DNA of 63,467 nucleotides, the filler included, from Phoronis australis (lineage: Eukaryota > Animalia > Phoronida): NCBI GenBank assembly GCA_002633005.1. It is 11 parts of 11 records of this genome, joined end to end, with 100 filler letters (N's around TTAATTAATTAA, not from the genome) between each part and the next. Parts side by side here need not be neighbours in the genome. Positions count along the whole stretch, not along the records: positions 42,417 to 53,907 come from NMRA01000679.1; positions 54,008 to 58,359 come from NMRA01002618.1; positions 58,460 to 60,817 come from NMRA01003716.1; positions 60,918 to 63,467 come from NMRA01003617.1; 7 more parts are not named here. The stretch is one strand, 5' to 3'. The notes under the pieces were generated by a model. The model was not told the DNA's origin, searched no databases, and worked only from the letters and a program-made list of their open reading frames with translations. Positions 50,801 through 63,467 of this stretch are shown here, piece after piece; within the stretch, counting starts at the first letter, position 1, and the number at the start of each line of letters is the position of its first letter. The position numbers and the translations under genes are program-made.

Positions 50801-53800
50801 CACTAGGTGGCTCAAACTACGTCGAATCCATCCAACAATATGAGGATAGCGTCATCTCACTAATAGAAGCCTACATACCAAATTTCATGAAAATCCGTTG
50901 AGGACTTTTGAAGATAGAGGTAAATGTAAAAAAAAATTGCCACTAGGGGGCATACCAGTGGTCGGATCCATCCGAAAGTTGTCATCGTCTGTTGTTAACG
51001 TCGTATAAATATACATACTAAATTTCGTAAAAATCCTGAAAACGGTTAGGAGATACAGCCACAAGCGCAAAAAAACAAAACTACCACTAGGAGGTGCCAC
51101 AGTAGTCGAAATCGTCGGAAAATCATCGTCAATCGTCCTCTTCATAGTAAACACTTAAGTGCCAATTTTCACAATCATCCTTTGAGTGGTTTGGTTGATA
51201 TAGGGATTGACGCAATAAAAACAAGACTCGAAAACAGTAAAAATGGCTACTAGGTGGCGCAAACTACGTCGAATCCATTCGAAAACGAGAGCATAGCGTC
51301 ATCTTACTAACAAGTGCCTATACAATAAATTTCATGAAAATCTGTTAAGGATTTTTAAAGATACAAAGGTAAGCGTAAAAAACTAAAATTGCCCCTAGGG
51401 GGCACATCGGTAGTTGGATATGTTTGAAAGTTCGCTCATGCCGTCCCATCCAGAAAAGGAACACACGTGCAAAATTTCATGAACACACTTCAGTTGGTTT
51501 TGGAGATAGAGCAGCGGACGCCGGACTTGGATTACCAGCGACGGACGATTTCCGACTATGTACGACTACTAAATGTGGACTACAGCCTATAGACTACCAA
51601 TGACTGAATGCGACAACGGACGACTACCGACTATCGACGACTACGGACAACTGTGGACAACTACCGACTGCAAGCGACTTTGGATGACTACCGACTGCAG
51701 ACCATTACCAACTATTAAAACTTACTGCTCAGGACGACGGACGACTACAATGGACAATTGCCAACTATTTACGACTACATATGAGGACGACTGCCGAACA
51801 CTGCTGATGACTGCAGCCGACTACTTTTGTGAATTTGTGCCGGCACTTCGGCCGACTTCTACTGGCACTTCGGGGGACTTCTACGATACAGATATACGCT
51901 CGCAGAAGTACACCATTAGCGATATGTTCATGGGTGCATTTCAAGGCTCTGTGTTGTACTGGAAGTCTTCAGAAAATCATCTTGACAGAATATATATGCA
52001 TATTTTCATAATCATCCTTAGAGTGGTTTGTTGGTAGATGCCAAAAAATAATATCAGTGTGCTTCTTGCAGAGCGTTGAAATGTCCGAAAGTCACCGTCA
52101 TCTGTAGTCAACATCATATAAATACACTCGCTAAATTAAGTAAAGATCCTGCAAACAGATTAGGAGATACAGCCATAAACGCAAAAAAACAAAACTACCA
52201 CTAGGAGGCGCCACAGTAGTCGAAATCATCAGAAAATCATCGTCAACTCTCTTCTTTATAGTAAGCACATACATGCCAATTTTCACAATCATCCTTTGAG
52301 CAGTTTGGTTGATAGAGGGGTGGACGCAAAAAATTAGACTCAAAAACAGTAAAAATGGCCACTAGGTGGCACAAACTACATCGAATCCATGATGATAGCG
52401 TCATCTCACTAATAGGTACCTACATACCAAATTACATGAAAATCCGTTGAGCACTTTTGAAGATAGAGAGGTAAACGTGAAAAAATAAAATTGCCACTAG
52501 GGGGTAGTCGGATCCGTCCGAAAGTTGTAGTCGTTTGTTGTTAACATCATATAAATTTACTTACTAAATTTCGTAAAGGTCCTGCAAACGGTTTAGGAAA
52601 TGCAGCCATAGACGCAAAAAAAACAAAACTGTCACTAGGAGGCGCCACAGTAGTCGAAATTGTCGGAAAATCATCATCAACCATCCTCTTCATAGTAAAC
52701 ACATACATGCCATGCCAATTTCTACAATCATCTTTTGAGCCGTTTGAATGATAGGGGGGTGGATGCAAAAAACTTGAAGACAGTAACAAGAGCAACGCAG
52801 AGAGTTGAAATGCGCCCAGAATTGCACCGTATACGGTATCCTTCTAGGGTTGTTTATTGGTACCATAAAGTGGCCAGCAGAGGGCATATATGTAGTATGT
52901 TGTACTTTGCAAAATGGAAAGGCATGGTCATTGTCTCCTCAATAGGCTAGGGGCAAAATGTGAGTGATCTTTATAATACAAGCACATCCTATACATCAGT
53001 TGCTTAAAGCACCACAGAAACATAGAATTAAAAACAAATTTACCAACATACGAGATTAGCACAGCATTAGAATGCCAGAAACAAATNGAAAGGGATGGTC
53101 ATTGTCTCCTCAATAGGCTAGGGGCAAAATGTGAGTGATCTTCATAATACAAGCACATCCTATGCATCAGTTGCTTAAAGCACCACAGAAACATAGAATT
53201 CAAAGCAAATTTACCAACATACGAGATTAGCACAGCACTAGAATACCAGAAACAAATTTCTACTTGTAACTTTTCCTTCATAGTCACGAAGTAACACAAA
53301 GTATACACCTGAAGACCTATGAAAATACAGAGGTCAATGTGAAATATTTAAATTGCCACTAGAGGCATACCGGTAGTCAGAATCATCCTAAAGTCGTCAT
53401 TGTCCGTTGTCAACATCACATAAATACACATGTTAAATTTAGTAAAGATCCTGCAAACGGTTTGGGAGATACAGCCATGGGCGCAAAAAAAAACTGCCAC
53501 TAGGAGGCTCCACAGTAATCAAAGTCACGGAAAATTCAGCGTCAACCGTCCTCTTCATAGTAAGAACATACATGCCAATTTTCACAATCGTACTTAGAGC
53601 GGTTTGGTTGATAGAGGGGTGGACGCCAAAAAACAGATTCAAAAACAGTAAAAATGACCACTGGGTGTCACAAACTAGGTCGTATCCATCCGAAAACGGG
53701 AGAATAGCGTCATCGCACTAATAGGTGCCTACATACCAAATTTCATGAAAATCCGTTTAGGACTTGTGAAGATACAGAGCTAAATGTAAACAAATAAAAT

Positions 53801-53907
53801 TGCCACTAGGGGGCACACTGGTAGGCGGATCCGTCCAAAAGTCGTCATCGTCTGTTGTTAACATCATATAATTACACTTATTAAATTTCGTAAAGATCCT
53901 GCGAACG
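47810..53907 (-). mobile_element. Cluster of nested or tandem HINE copies with expanded 450-bp internal repeats
   Basis: HINE 3' ends (ACAAGAGCAACGCAGAG.GTTGAAATGCGCCCA) at 48652 and ~52786, and a partial one at ~52068; core-plus-microsatellite end at ~51430-51525; the same 3-subunit repeat as 35520-36300; runs into a gap. Confidence 0.9.
51530..51830. repeat. Degenerate GAC/GACTAC-rich low-complexity tract at the HINE microsatellite position
   Basis: Recurrent GACTAC/GACGAC/GACTGC directly after GCAGCGGACGCCGGAC. Confidence 0.75.
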
Positions 53908-56418
53908 NNNNNNNNNNNNNNNNNNNNNNNNNNNNNNNNNNNNNNNNNNNNTTAATTAATTAANNNNNNNNNNNNNNNNNNNNNNNNNNNNNNNNNNNNN
54001 NNNNNNNTTCGATGAGTGTTTTTGTACTATTTGAAAACGCGTTGACAGAGACAAGAGGCGATACTTTTCAACAGTGAATCGTACGTTCATGATATGGGAA
54101 TTTGTAAAGGTGACGATGAAAAAATAAGTGCTCGAGGAGCCAGCGAAAATCCGAAGAACCTCTCGGCCTCGGGGCCACCTTCACTTGACAAATGAGTAGG
54201 CCACTGATACGATATGTTCATGTAAAGCTGGGTATGTTGCTTAAAGTCGAATTATCTGTACGATCCCATAGATTTCATGATCTTTCGAATAAAATCAGTG
54301 CAGATTCATCGATATCTTTATTCTGTCGTCTGCTAAATTTCGCCAAATGAAAAGTAGGTCACAACTAGTGGGACTCCTGGAGTAAAGTAGGTCATAGATT
54401 ACAGACAACACATGCACTATAGTGTCTGAGTTGGTAGGTCGACTCCATAGCACTGTTTACGCTTTTCCAATCTTGTAACGAAATATTTTGATCAAAACAT
54501 TCAGGTTCATAGCTCAGGTACACACTCATCTCGTCCTGGCCAAACAGTTAGCTCCGGTAGGTCTAGGGCTGTGTCTAAGTAAAATTAATGTCTGGAATTC
54601 AGTTGCGGGATCTAGGATACCACAGGGGGGCAACATATGTTGCCTCGTGGAATTGAGCAAAGTGCAATTGTATGTGCACAGGCCGCCCGAAAGTTGCAGG
54701 GGCCAGGGATGTAGACCGTTGGACCTTCTGTTCAGAAAATCTATCGGTGGACTAAAAAAAACAGGAACACGATTCCGCCGCGATCTGGGGTCTGAGCCCC
54801 TCCCCCCTCTTCCGCTACCGGTCCTTGTTACTGAACTCAATATTTCCTCACGCTCTTGCTGTTTCATTTTGCGTGCGGCAGCCAAGGGGGGGGCTGGGGC
54901 CCCTGCTCCCCCTAAGTCCGCCTAATGAATTGTCCGTTTGCACCACTAAGACATTTAAATTAGGCCTACCTTCTTATGAACCTGGCGTTTTTTGTAGTTT
55001 CATTCCATAAAGGTAGCTTTCATTTAATTTTGAAGGTAGCATGGTATGGTTACAAAAGATTACAAGTCTGGTGTGGTAGTTGCAAAAATAGGGTATTTAC
55101 AAAAATAACTCAAATTCTTTTTTAAAGCTTCATAAATCTAAATATCATGTTTGAACAACTTCAAAATGAGCTCTCTCTAACTCTACAGACATAGTATATA
55201 CTAGAGGTACACGTCAAAAATTAATTCAACAGTTTATTTTTAGTGACAACAGCTCAACCAAGGCTTTGAGTTCCGGCAGTAATCCAGTGCCCTTCGCTGT
55301 GCCGATCGAATCTCTGAATTTTGACCGGGAGAGAAGTTCAGTTGAACGCCAGCTTACGGTTTATGAATAACAAAAATGTACCTCTGATACGAAACAAAAT
55401 AATGTCCATTAGGTTGAAATAATAAAAAACATAAAATAAAATGTCCTTGAAAACAACAATTTCCGGGGACTACCGCTAGAGTGCTGAGATCCAGCAGGTG
55501 CTGAGACAAAGGCGGCCAGACGTAGTCAACTCGGGAGTCAAAATCTGAGATAGCCCTGCACCATAGCCACCAAGCTGAAAAGTGCGTATCTTGGAGTGCT
55601 TATAATAGCCTTCGAGTTATCAAGCAACATCGCTAAGTTCAGCTGCTCGTGTCATGGCCGTAGAATTTGATCCATAGTTTACACTTTTCAACATCATTTT
55701 TCGGCTTAGGACATGCCAAAAAATGACGGGATATTATTCTGGAGCAGTATAACGGTTGTCGGTGCTACACACGTCATATCAACACCGTTTCCCCATTCTT
55801 AGCGGACAATTTCTTGAGCTATAGACTAAAGTAAGTTTTACTCGACTGCGTGTGGTTTGTCGGGTAAAATGGAGGCTTGGAAACGCAGACGAAGGTGTGC
55901 CAAGAATGCTGCGTTCTGATTGGTCAATTAAGCCGTCCGTCATAATCCTGGCGATAGGTCAATTAAGAACTAGAGGAACATATTAAACAGACATGTAGGT
56001 TGTAAAAGTCACATTCCTTGTCCTATTTTCAAAATTCAAAAACCTAATCGTGTGTGCTTATCAAGAACTATTCAAATAGGCTATTTTTTAACTTTCAAAT
56101 GTAAAACTACTAATGTTGCCCCTAATGTGTTTATGGTGATCTCATTATCTAGAGAACGATAATATCAGCAGCCTGAGGTGGTGTCTTTGATCTGAACTGG
56201 TGAATTCTGTGGTGCTCAAACTGGTCGAGTTGCCCAATCTTGACCGGTTAGAGTGTCAACACAGATAGGACTTTTTCATGAAAGTGACACTTCCCAAATA
56301 TATGCTCTGGAGCTAGTTATTCAGAAATTCCTGGTACATATAAGCTGATATTTTGAATGTTCTTGCATATTTGATTTGTTCATTGTTTGAAATGATCATC
56401 TGTTTTGAATATCTTTAG

Positions 56419-56588
56419 AAAAATGGTGGTTATGATGAACTTACCTAGTCACCTAACGGATCTGAAAGAGGGAGCTATTCTTGACTACTATGTTAGTGCC
56501 GTCTGGTGGTCAAAAGAGCAAAGTTTTAATGCTGCGCAGGCGTCAGCCTTCTTCAGTGCTATCCATTCATTACTAGACAATGTTAAAG
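56419..56588 (+). CDS. CABCOCO1: Internal exon of a ciliary-associated calcium-binding coiled-coil protein 1 (C10orf107)-like gene
   Basis: KMVVMMNLPSHLTDLKEGAILDYYVSAVWWSKEQSFNAAQASAFFSAIHSLLDNVK resembles the CABCOCO1/CFAP119-family motif (LKDAILLDYYVSGFLWA); acceptor CTTTAG at 56418, donor AAG|GTAAGT at 56589. Other exons not located. Confidence 0.8.
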
Positions 56589-59521
56589 GTAAGTGTACAG
56601 CTATATACACTTGAGAATAAGGTATTTTAAAAGACTTAGTACATATAGATACAATTTAAGTTGTAATAATATCACATTGATTTTCAAACTGTCTAAATTT
56701 TTGAGGTTTGACAAGGGTCATGTTACATTATGTTGCTTCAAAGGATTCTATTATTATTCGCAGTTTTTATCTGCAGGTAGAAGGTTATGGGTAATTAGGT
56801 TTAGTTGACATAATACAGGTTTGGATATTTTATGGTTTCCTGTAGCATATCTACAGTTCTACCAACTAGTAGTGCCGGTACAGATGCTGAGGTGGCCTAC
56901 GCTCTCTGTTAACCTTGTTGGTCATGTCCCCCTACAGGGGTTTGAACCCCTTAATCTCCACTGTAGATCTATTCACTGGATTTTAAGACATTGTAATCAG
57001 TTCAAAGTATTGCGTGCATGTAGTACATTAGAATAAACTTTATTTTGGCTTCAGAAAGAAAATTTCTGTGACATTATTTGTCAACAGAATAATAGAACTT
57101 CAATAGAACTGCATCGAGTGCAGGTGATTAATTCAAGAAAAAATACAGGACTGAGATTCACACCTATGGAATTGCATGCTAACCGATTGAAAACACGGCA
57201 GAGGGTCACTTGGTCAATGTATGAATATAATTTTTCAAGTCAACTGATCTTCTGAGCCCAATTTAAGTTTTAGCTGTAACTATCTGTAGCTATCAGTGTG
57301 AACTCAAAATTTAGTGAGCTTTATTTGTGTCTGAACATCTGACTTAAATGCACTCCAGGTGCTGGGAATTTTAGTGCACACATTGAAATTATTAAGTTGT
57401 TTTAGAAAATGATGGCTGCAAGACTTAGTTTCCATACCAAACAAACAACAATACAAACAAGCAAACAAATGCTACCAAGCCTATATACTGTACACAGTAT
57501 AAGCCAAAAGTATTCAAATGAAATGGCCCATAATTCCTCATTTTGGCAGCTGGGTGAAAGCCAAATTCATCATCAGAGTAGTCTCCCCTGATGAGCAAGA
57601 ATGAAGGGGAATTAAAAAGAAAGTTAGACATGACATGAAATTGTGATTTACATTGAATACCCTTGGATCAACTAGTATCCAGCTTGTCCTGTCAGCTCAT
57701 GTCCTTATCTTTTGTGTTGCTTATAGCACAAGTCTATTCAGGTGAAGATAAAAAATCTGATTCAACTGACTTATAATTTTTCGAAATGATTGGAGGATTT
57801 TCTTACGGTCGCCGCAGACAGAGATCGAATGCCACAGGGTGCCGCTTGGGCGGCGCAGCACTGAAAAAAGTGGGGGGGCTAAAACCCCCTCGGACCCCTG
57901 TGGTGCATCGCCTATTGACCATGCGTGGCGTAGCACTGAAAAAAGTGGGAGGTTATAGCCCCCCAGTCCCCTATGGTGCGCCGCCCATGTCGCGGTGTCC
58001 TCATTTGTCGGGATTCATCTTAACCTCGGGACACCATGGAGTCCAGGGTGTTGTACCTCAGACGGTACAAGGCGCGAATTAACAAGACCAGAAGTACACA
58101 GAGCAGTGGATGAGCAAGCAAAATTAGGTCGCCGCATATTCAATCTTTTTTAAGTCTACATAGGGGTAAAGCTCGTAACGCTAGGACTTCACTCACTAAA
58201 AAGCAAGAATTCATGAAATTACGTGACATATTGTGTATTTTCAGTTGAAAACGTGATTTTGGCTAGATTTTTCTATTCCCAAAACAGCTACTGAACAATA
58301 CCCTAGTCTTCGTACAGGGCCGCAAGGGTGAGAATCTCACGAACACACTAGTCTGAAGANNNNNNNNNNNNNNNNNNNNNNNNNNNNNNNNNNNNNNNNN
58401 NNNTTAATTAATTAANNNNNNNNNNNNNNNNNNNNNNNNNNNNNNNNNNNNNNNNNNNNTGGGCCTAGCATTGCTTCAACTATTTTGACCAACTAGTGAA
58501 TGTATTGAAAACTAGGCAATAGCACCAGAAATGACTTTTTCTGAAAAAAGTCATTTCCTTTTTGTAAGAATCATATTGCAAGAGAAGAAGTTCTCACTAT
58601 ACTGTGTTAAGATATGCAATGTATCATCATCTAGAACAACTTGATCAGCACGGTAATAACTTTTCTTATTTTAGTATGTGATACTTCTTCAGTTTGATCA
58701 AGAACTTTTTGTTAAATTAACAGCCATCTTTTGAATGGTAGAAGTGGGCTGTGACCACAAGTTGTAGTGTACGTATATACCCTTTTATATGTAACTGTGA
58801 TGCATTAGGCCATAAAATTTTAGATTACAAACCTGGAATGATGATATTTCAAAATAAGCCCGCCTTTACAGTTATATGACAACCTTCATTTTTCACCAAA
58901 AGTGGCCACCGAATATGGACCTTGATAGTGATTTGCCTGCAAATGATGTCTAGATAAATCATAGTAAGTGAGGGGTAATAGTTGTTTTAGCATATGCGGC
59001 TATAGTTTGTGATTATAGCATCCATTCACTTGTTGTAGTAGAGATAGAGGCTGTAGTGAAGACTGAAGCGAGTGAGAAGTGAACAGTTGTTCCGTGTGTC
59101 AAGCTGGAAAGCGGTCACCAGAGCGTTCAGGAGATGTAGATGGAGACCCGCCAAGAGGCTGAAGCCCGAAGTAGACAAGTCCTCTGGCTCTTATATCTGG
59201 TGGGGTATCGCAGAGCTTGTCGATACCACATGCAGTCTCCAATATCACATACGAGGTGCCGAGCGCACCTCGAATACAGTCTTCATTCTGACTGGGCAGA
59301 CTAGATAGCAGATGCCACAGATATTTTGATGTTTCTGCGTCTTCAGTAGGCTGGCTATGTAACCACTTATTTACAGGCGGGTTACGTGTCTAGCTACACA
59401 TGCGTCCTCAGCTCCTGATCGTCCACAATACACTATATACCGAATATACTGCAAGTAGTATAGTAGTATACATACCGGTATAGCTGTATTGGGGATGATC
59501 AGAAGCTAAGGACGCCAGTGT

Positions 59522-59563
59522 CTAGACAATGACAATCGCCTCTGGTCGGGCCAACAGAGGCGA
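59522..59563 (+). mobile_element. Terminus of the long-TIR hairpin element family (27729-28871), cut by a gap
   Basis: CTAGACAATGACAATCGCCTCTG-GTCGGGCCAA-CAGAGGCGA. Confidence 0.8.
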
Positions 59564-60917
59564 NNNNNNNNNNNNNNNNNNNNNNNNNNNNNNNNNNNNN
59601 NNNNNNNNNNNNNNNNNNNNNNNNNNNNNNNNNNNNNNNNNNNNNNNNNNNNNNNNNNNNNNNNNNNNNNNNNNNNNNNNNNNNNNNNNNNNNNNNNNNN
59701 NNNNNNNNNNNNNNNNNNNNNNNNNNNNNNNNNNNNNNNNNNNNNNNNNNNNNNNNNNNNNNNNNNNNNNNNNNNNNNNNNNNNNNNNNNNNNNNNNNNN
59801 NNNNNNNNNNNNNNNNNNNNNNNNNNNNNNNNNNNNNNNNNNNNNNNNNNNNNNNNNNNNNNNNNNNNNNNNNNNNNNNNNNNNNNNNNNNNNNNNNNNN
59901 NNNNNNNNNNNNNNNNNNNNNNNNNNNNNNNNNNNNNNNNNNNNNNNNNNNNNNNNNNNNNNNNNNNNNNNNNNNNNNNNNNNNNNNNNNNNNNNACCCT
60001 GACAATGAACGCACACAATCGCCGGTAGGTGTCGGGCATTCCTATGACGTCACTGTGCGTGTAACCGACTGGCAACCAAGTCGGAAAAAGAACTCGAACT
60101 TTAAAGTCAATTAATTAAACATGGGATGAAGGTATGGGAAAATCAACGCCACAGATGAACTTCTATACGCCTAGTGAACACGTGGATACTAAAATCATGA
60201 TTGTAGATTAAAAAGTAAAGAAGTTATGGTGGTTGAAAGTGGGACCGCTACGTCCGACTAGTGCCCAAGACGAGTGCTGCACTTTTGACAGCTGTGTTGG
60301 CGCGGTGTGCATGAAAACAAAATCATGAATGAAGAGATTACATAGTCTATCACGGATTGATCATTTTCGAAGAAAGTCGAATAACCTACCTCTATATTAA
60401 TTTCAAATCACAAAAGACAAAGCCAGATACTACAATGTTAGCTTTCACTCAGACGGCGGTGTTTCTGAGTGCCACACAAACAACTTGCATCATACTGAAT
60501 ACGTTTTGTACTGTAAATAGGTCAACCAATCTGACCAATCAAATGCTAAAAGATGACTTGCACGTGGTTGGCATCCCCATTCGGCTTTCCCCATTCGGCA
60601 AACGAGGTGACACGACGACACAAAGAGAAGGGGGTGTCAAAGTGAGCTAAATTAGACTATTGATAGATCGATAGAGAGATAGATAGGCAGGTGGATAGAA
60701 ATCGCTTCAGAGTTAAGATATTCGGCCCTAGCCCTAAGCTCGGTGCAGCAACCTCGGTTCATCCGGCGTAGGCTACACGTATGTAGGGCTGGCCCCCATC
60801 CAGTAGCCGGGTTCCACNNNNNNNNNNNNNNNNNNNNNNNNNNNNNNNNNNNNNNNNNNNNTTAATTAATTAANNNNNNNNNNNNNNNNNNNNNNNNNNN
60901 NNNNNNNNNNNNNNNNN

Positions 60918-61216
60918 ACCAATTGCACGTTATAATGTTATAACCAAGTGCACGTTATAATGTTACAACCAAGTGCACGTTGTAATATTATAACCAAATG
61001 GATGTCATAACCAAGTGCACGTTAAATGTTATAGCTAAGTGTACGTTACGATGTTACAACCAAGTACACGTTGTAATATTATAACCAAATGGATGTCATA
61101 ACCAAGTGCACGTTAAATGTTATAACTAAGTGCACGTTATAATGTTACAGCCAAGTGCACGTTGTAATATTATAACCAATTGGATGTCATAATGTTATAA
61201 CCAAGTGTATGTTATA
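60918..61216. repeat. Minisatellite, ~25-bp unit (AACCAAGTGCACGTTATAATGTTAT) with a ~91-bp higher-order pattern
   Basis: ACCAAGTGCACGTT recurs; the GGATGTCATAA variant appears at ~61000, ~61091 and ~61182. Confidence 0.9.
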
Positions 61217-62571
61217 GTCCCACGCATCGTCAATATACATGTAACTCATGCCGAAATCGCAAACTTCAACGTCGCTATAAAAGCATGTTCTCGTTAAGTC
61301 CTCGACTTTCTTCATAGGCGTGTTTGCTCTTCCAATGAAATGTATTCGCCTTCTTATTATTTCTTTGAATTAAAACTGGTTTCAGTATGTCGAATGGAAT
61401 TCTCCTGATGGTCAAATTGCATCGAGAGCTGAAATTAACCCGCAATTACAAATAACTTAATGGGGCGTGGTTTGAAGTAATAATGTTGCCTGGTCTGAAA
61501 TAATAATGCCGGGTCAGTTCTTCAAACATAGAAATAATTTCATATCTGAGTACGGAACAAGATGGGACAGACTTTATAACAGATTTACTTGAATAATACG
61601 TGCGCACGTTTCCACTTCCAAGATTCGATTCAAATTAAATTACCACACTTTAAATAGTAGTCAATTTTCCATAGCCGAGTTTCAATTTAAATCTAAACAT
61701 AGAGTTAGGATCTTTTATTTTTAAATTTGAAATTGCACCAATCGCAACGTTTTAATTCTAAACATTAGTCTGATTGGTGGAAGGTTATTTATCATTCGCT
61801 ACCGTGGCAGATTGAGTTTATTTTCCAACGGGACGTCTACTCATCCGCCATCAGAAACTTCACGTTTTCGTGGGCGGAGCTAGTGTCTCATCAATTAGTT
61901 TCTGTTCTAGTTTGAGCAGTTCCGTCAATACGGATGTTGAACGCATTTTGTTTGGCAGCTAATCACAGCAATGTTATGATCTAAAACCTTGAATCTTTGT
62001 GATTACTATTTTTAATTTAGATCTGGAAAGCAACATTGGAACAGTCATTGTTTCGATTTTCGGAATTCAATTTTATTTAAGCCTTCAACATTGACCATCA
62101 AAATATTTATTTTCAAATTTATATTGGACATTGGAATTTCAAAATTTTATTAAGTGTTCTAGGCTTCAACATTCAATTGGGCTTATGATAGAAAGCGTGG
62201 GTTTTTGTCCCTTTAAACTGAAATATACACGTTTCAAGTTCGTGTCAGTGAACCTCCCCATTTAATATCAATCAGTGAACTTATTCAATAGTTCACGGTT
62301 TTACCATACATAATTTGTTAAGCTAACTCGCCTTATTATAAACAGAAACAAAAAGAAAAAAAACAAGACAAAGCGTTCCACCCGAACATGGAGAAAAATA
62401 ATAGTTTTTAAAGGTGGTGCTTCATTGGGCTTACTGAGGGTGCCGGATTGTAAGTCTCTACTGGAAGAGACCTCTGGTGGAGATCGTCAATGTTCTTTAA
62501 AGTCTTTCTCTCACGCGTTGTTAACCCTCATTACATGGTTAGAAGATGTTATAAGGATCCAAGAAGTACCT

Positions 62572-62738
62572 ACCCCATAACTAATACACGATCCGTACTC
62601 GAAAACAGTTTAAATGAACGCGGCACTCACGATTCACCCGAAGAAACACCGCCAACCCCATAACTAATACACAATCCGTACTCGAAAACAGTTTAAATGA
62701 ACGCGCCACTCACGATTCGCACCCGAAGAACCACCGCC
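62572..62738. repeat. Direct duplication of ~83 bp
   Basis: ACCCCATAACTAATACAC.ATCCGTACTCGAAAACAGTTTAAATGAACGCG..CACCGCC occurs twice in tandem. Confidence 0.9.
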
Positions 62739-63467
62739 ATTTTGAACTTGCCGCGAACCCGAAAGTACAATTCATTCAGGAACCCAGGCCGAGAAAACGC
62801 CGTCAGTGCGACTGGAGCAGTGCCTGTACTGTTACCAGCCAGCAAACGGGGATAAAATAATCGACAGCGCGCCTTAATTTTTATAAAATCAAACTACGGA
62901 CAATTTTATCGAATTTGCTGAAGAAATGTGGCGAATAAATTTTGACAGAAATTATTTTGCCAGACTCGGGACCGCAGCCTATCGGACCCGGTGCGGATCG
63001 AGACCAGACACTGGCGAATGGTAAATGCATGTGGTTGCAAGCTGTTTTGTCGAAGTAAAATGGTCAAATGATAAATGCTGCATATATTCAAGGGTAGTTT
63101 CAGACACTTGCATGAAATTACGGGCTGGTTAGTCCTGTGTCACACTGCCCCGGCAGACCTTAGTTAGCCTCAGTTACCAACTACCAGTGAAGACTATAGT
63201 CAAAATACAGCTTGTTAGTAGGCCTATACAGCTTTGAGCCAAGACTACCCTTAGGCCTAACTGGTCGCTGGCCACAAACACAAAAAACACGAAAATTGAA
63301 CAAAGTTTCTTTTTTGTAGCAACGTTTGTCAAAATGTATCAATGTTAAACCTTCACAAATTATGTAAGTAGCCGATTGAACATGCCTTTTAGTTCAGCAA
63401 AAGTCGACATTGTAGGTGCCGCCAGAAATGAGACGAAGTCCAACGGGAATTGTGAGCACATTTATCA

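Noticed and set aside
51573-52037. 154-aa Thr/Asp/Cys-rich ORF
   Set aside because: Derived from a degenerate GAC/GACTAC low-complexity tract plus repeat fragments.
52908-53260. ~180-bp direct duplication within a HINE copy
   Set aside because: The junction coincides with a single N at 53087; probably an unmerged contig or haplotype overlap.
47837-53642. Many similar short minus-strand ORFs (MIVKIGMYV.., TVAPPSGSF..) resembling a tandem gene family
   Set aside because: Chance frames of the non-coding HINE repeat; frames are not conserved between units and indels are frequent.
54488-55010. Overlapping GC-rich ORFs (145 aa and 119 aa)
   Set aside because: The region consists of GC-rich hAT-like MITE fragments (GGACTAAAAAAA core, GGGGGGGCTGGGGCCCC ends); no protein signature.
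59100-59390. ~95-codon open frame on the minus strand and a CPVR motif suggestive of a DIRS tyrosine recombinase
   Set aside because: No start codon or convincing splice sites; the motif is in a different, stop-interrupted frame and no other recombinase motifs are present.
59499-60075. Long ORFs spanning 59564-59995
   Set aside because: Artefacts of translating N runs.

Overview
AT-rich, repeat-dense eukaryotic genomic DNA, most likely from an invertebrate animal (inferred from spliced genes and the transposon spectrum). It comes from a draft scaffold with ten 100-bp gaps marked N..TTAATTAATTAA..N and one plain N gap. Host genes supported by the sequence: a complete 3-coding-exon TMEM230 (+; 15772-15849, 19255-19380, 20135-20272; 113 aa) and one internal exon of a CABCOCO1/C10orf107-like ciliary gene (+; 56419-56588). 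The rest is largely transposon-derived. (1) An old PIF/Harbinger element (~8146-11114) whose 2-exon Myb/SANT-like gene is intact while its convergent HARBI1-type transposase is heavily decayed. (2) A THAP-domain pseudogene forming an inverted duplication just upstream of TMEM230. (3) An Academ(X)-like XPG-domain transposase remnant with ~304-bp flanking tandem repeats. (4) A full-length Helentron-associated non-autonomous element (HINE/DINE-1-like, 34961-36477) and a ~6-kb nested cluster of the same family (47800-53907), whose 450-bp internal repeat carries a CTCF-like motif about every 150 bp. (5) Several MITEs (Tc1/pogo-like, Harbinger-like, hAT-like, and a long-TIR element whose terminal hairpin occurs in two loop orientations), a tRNA-derived SINE-like head and several minisatellites. 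No prokaryotic systems or CRISPR arrays. All family assignments are by motif recognition; no searches were run.
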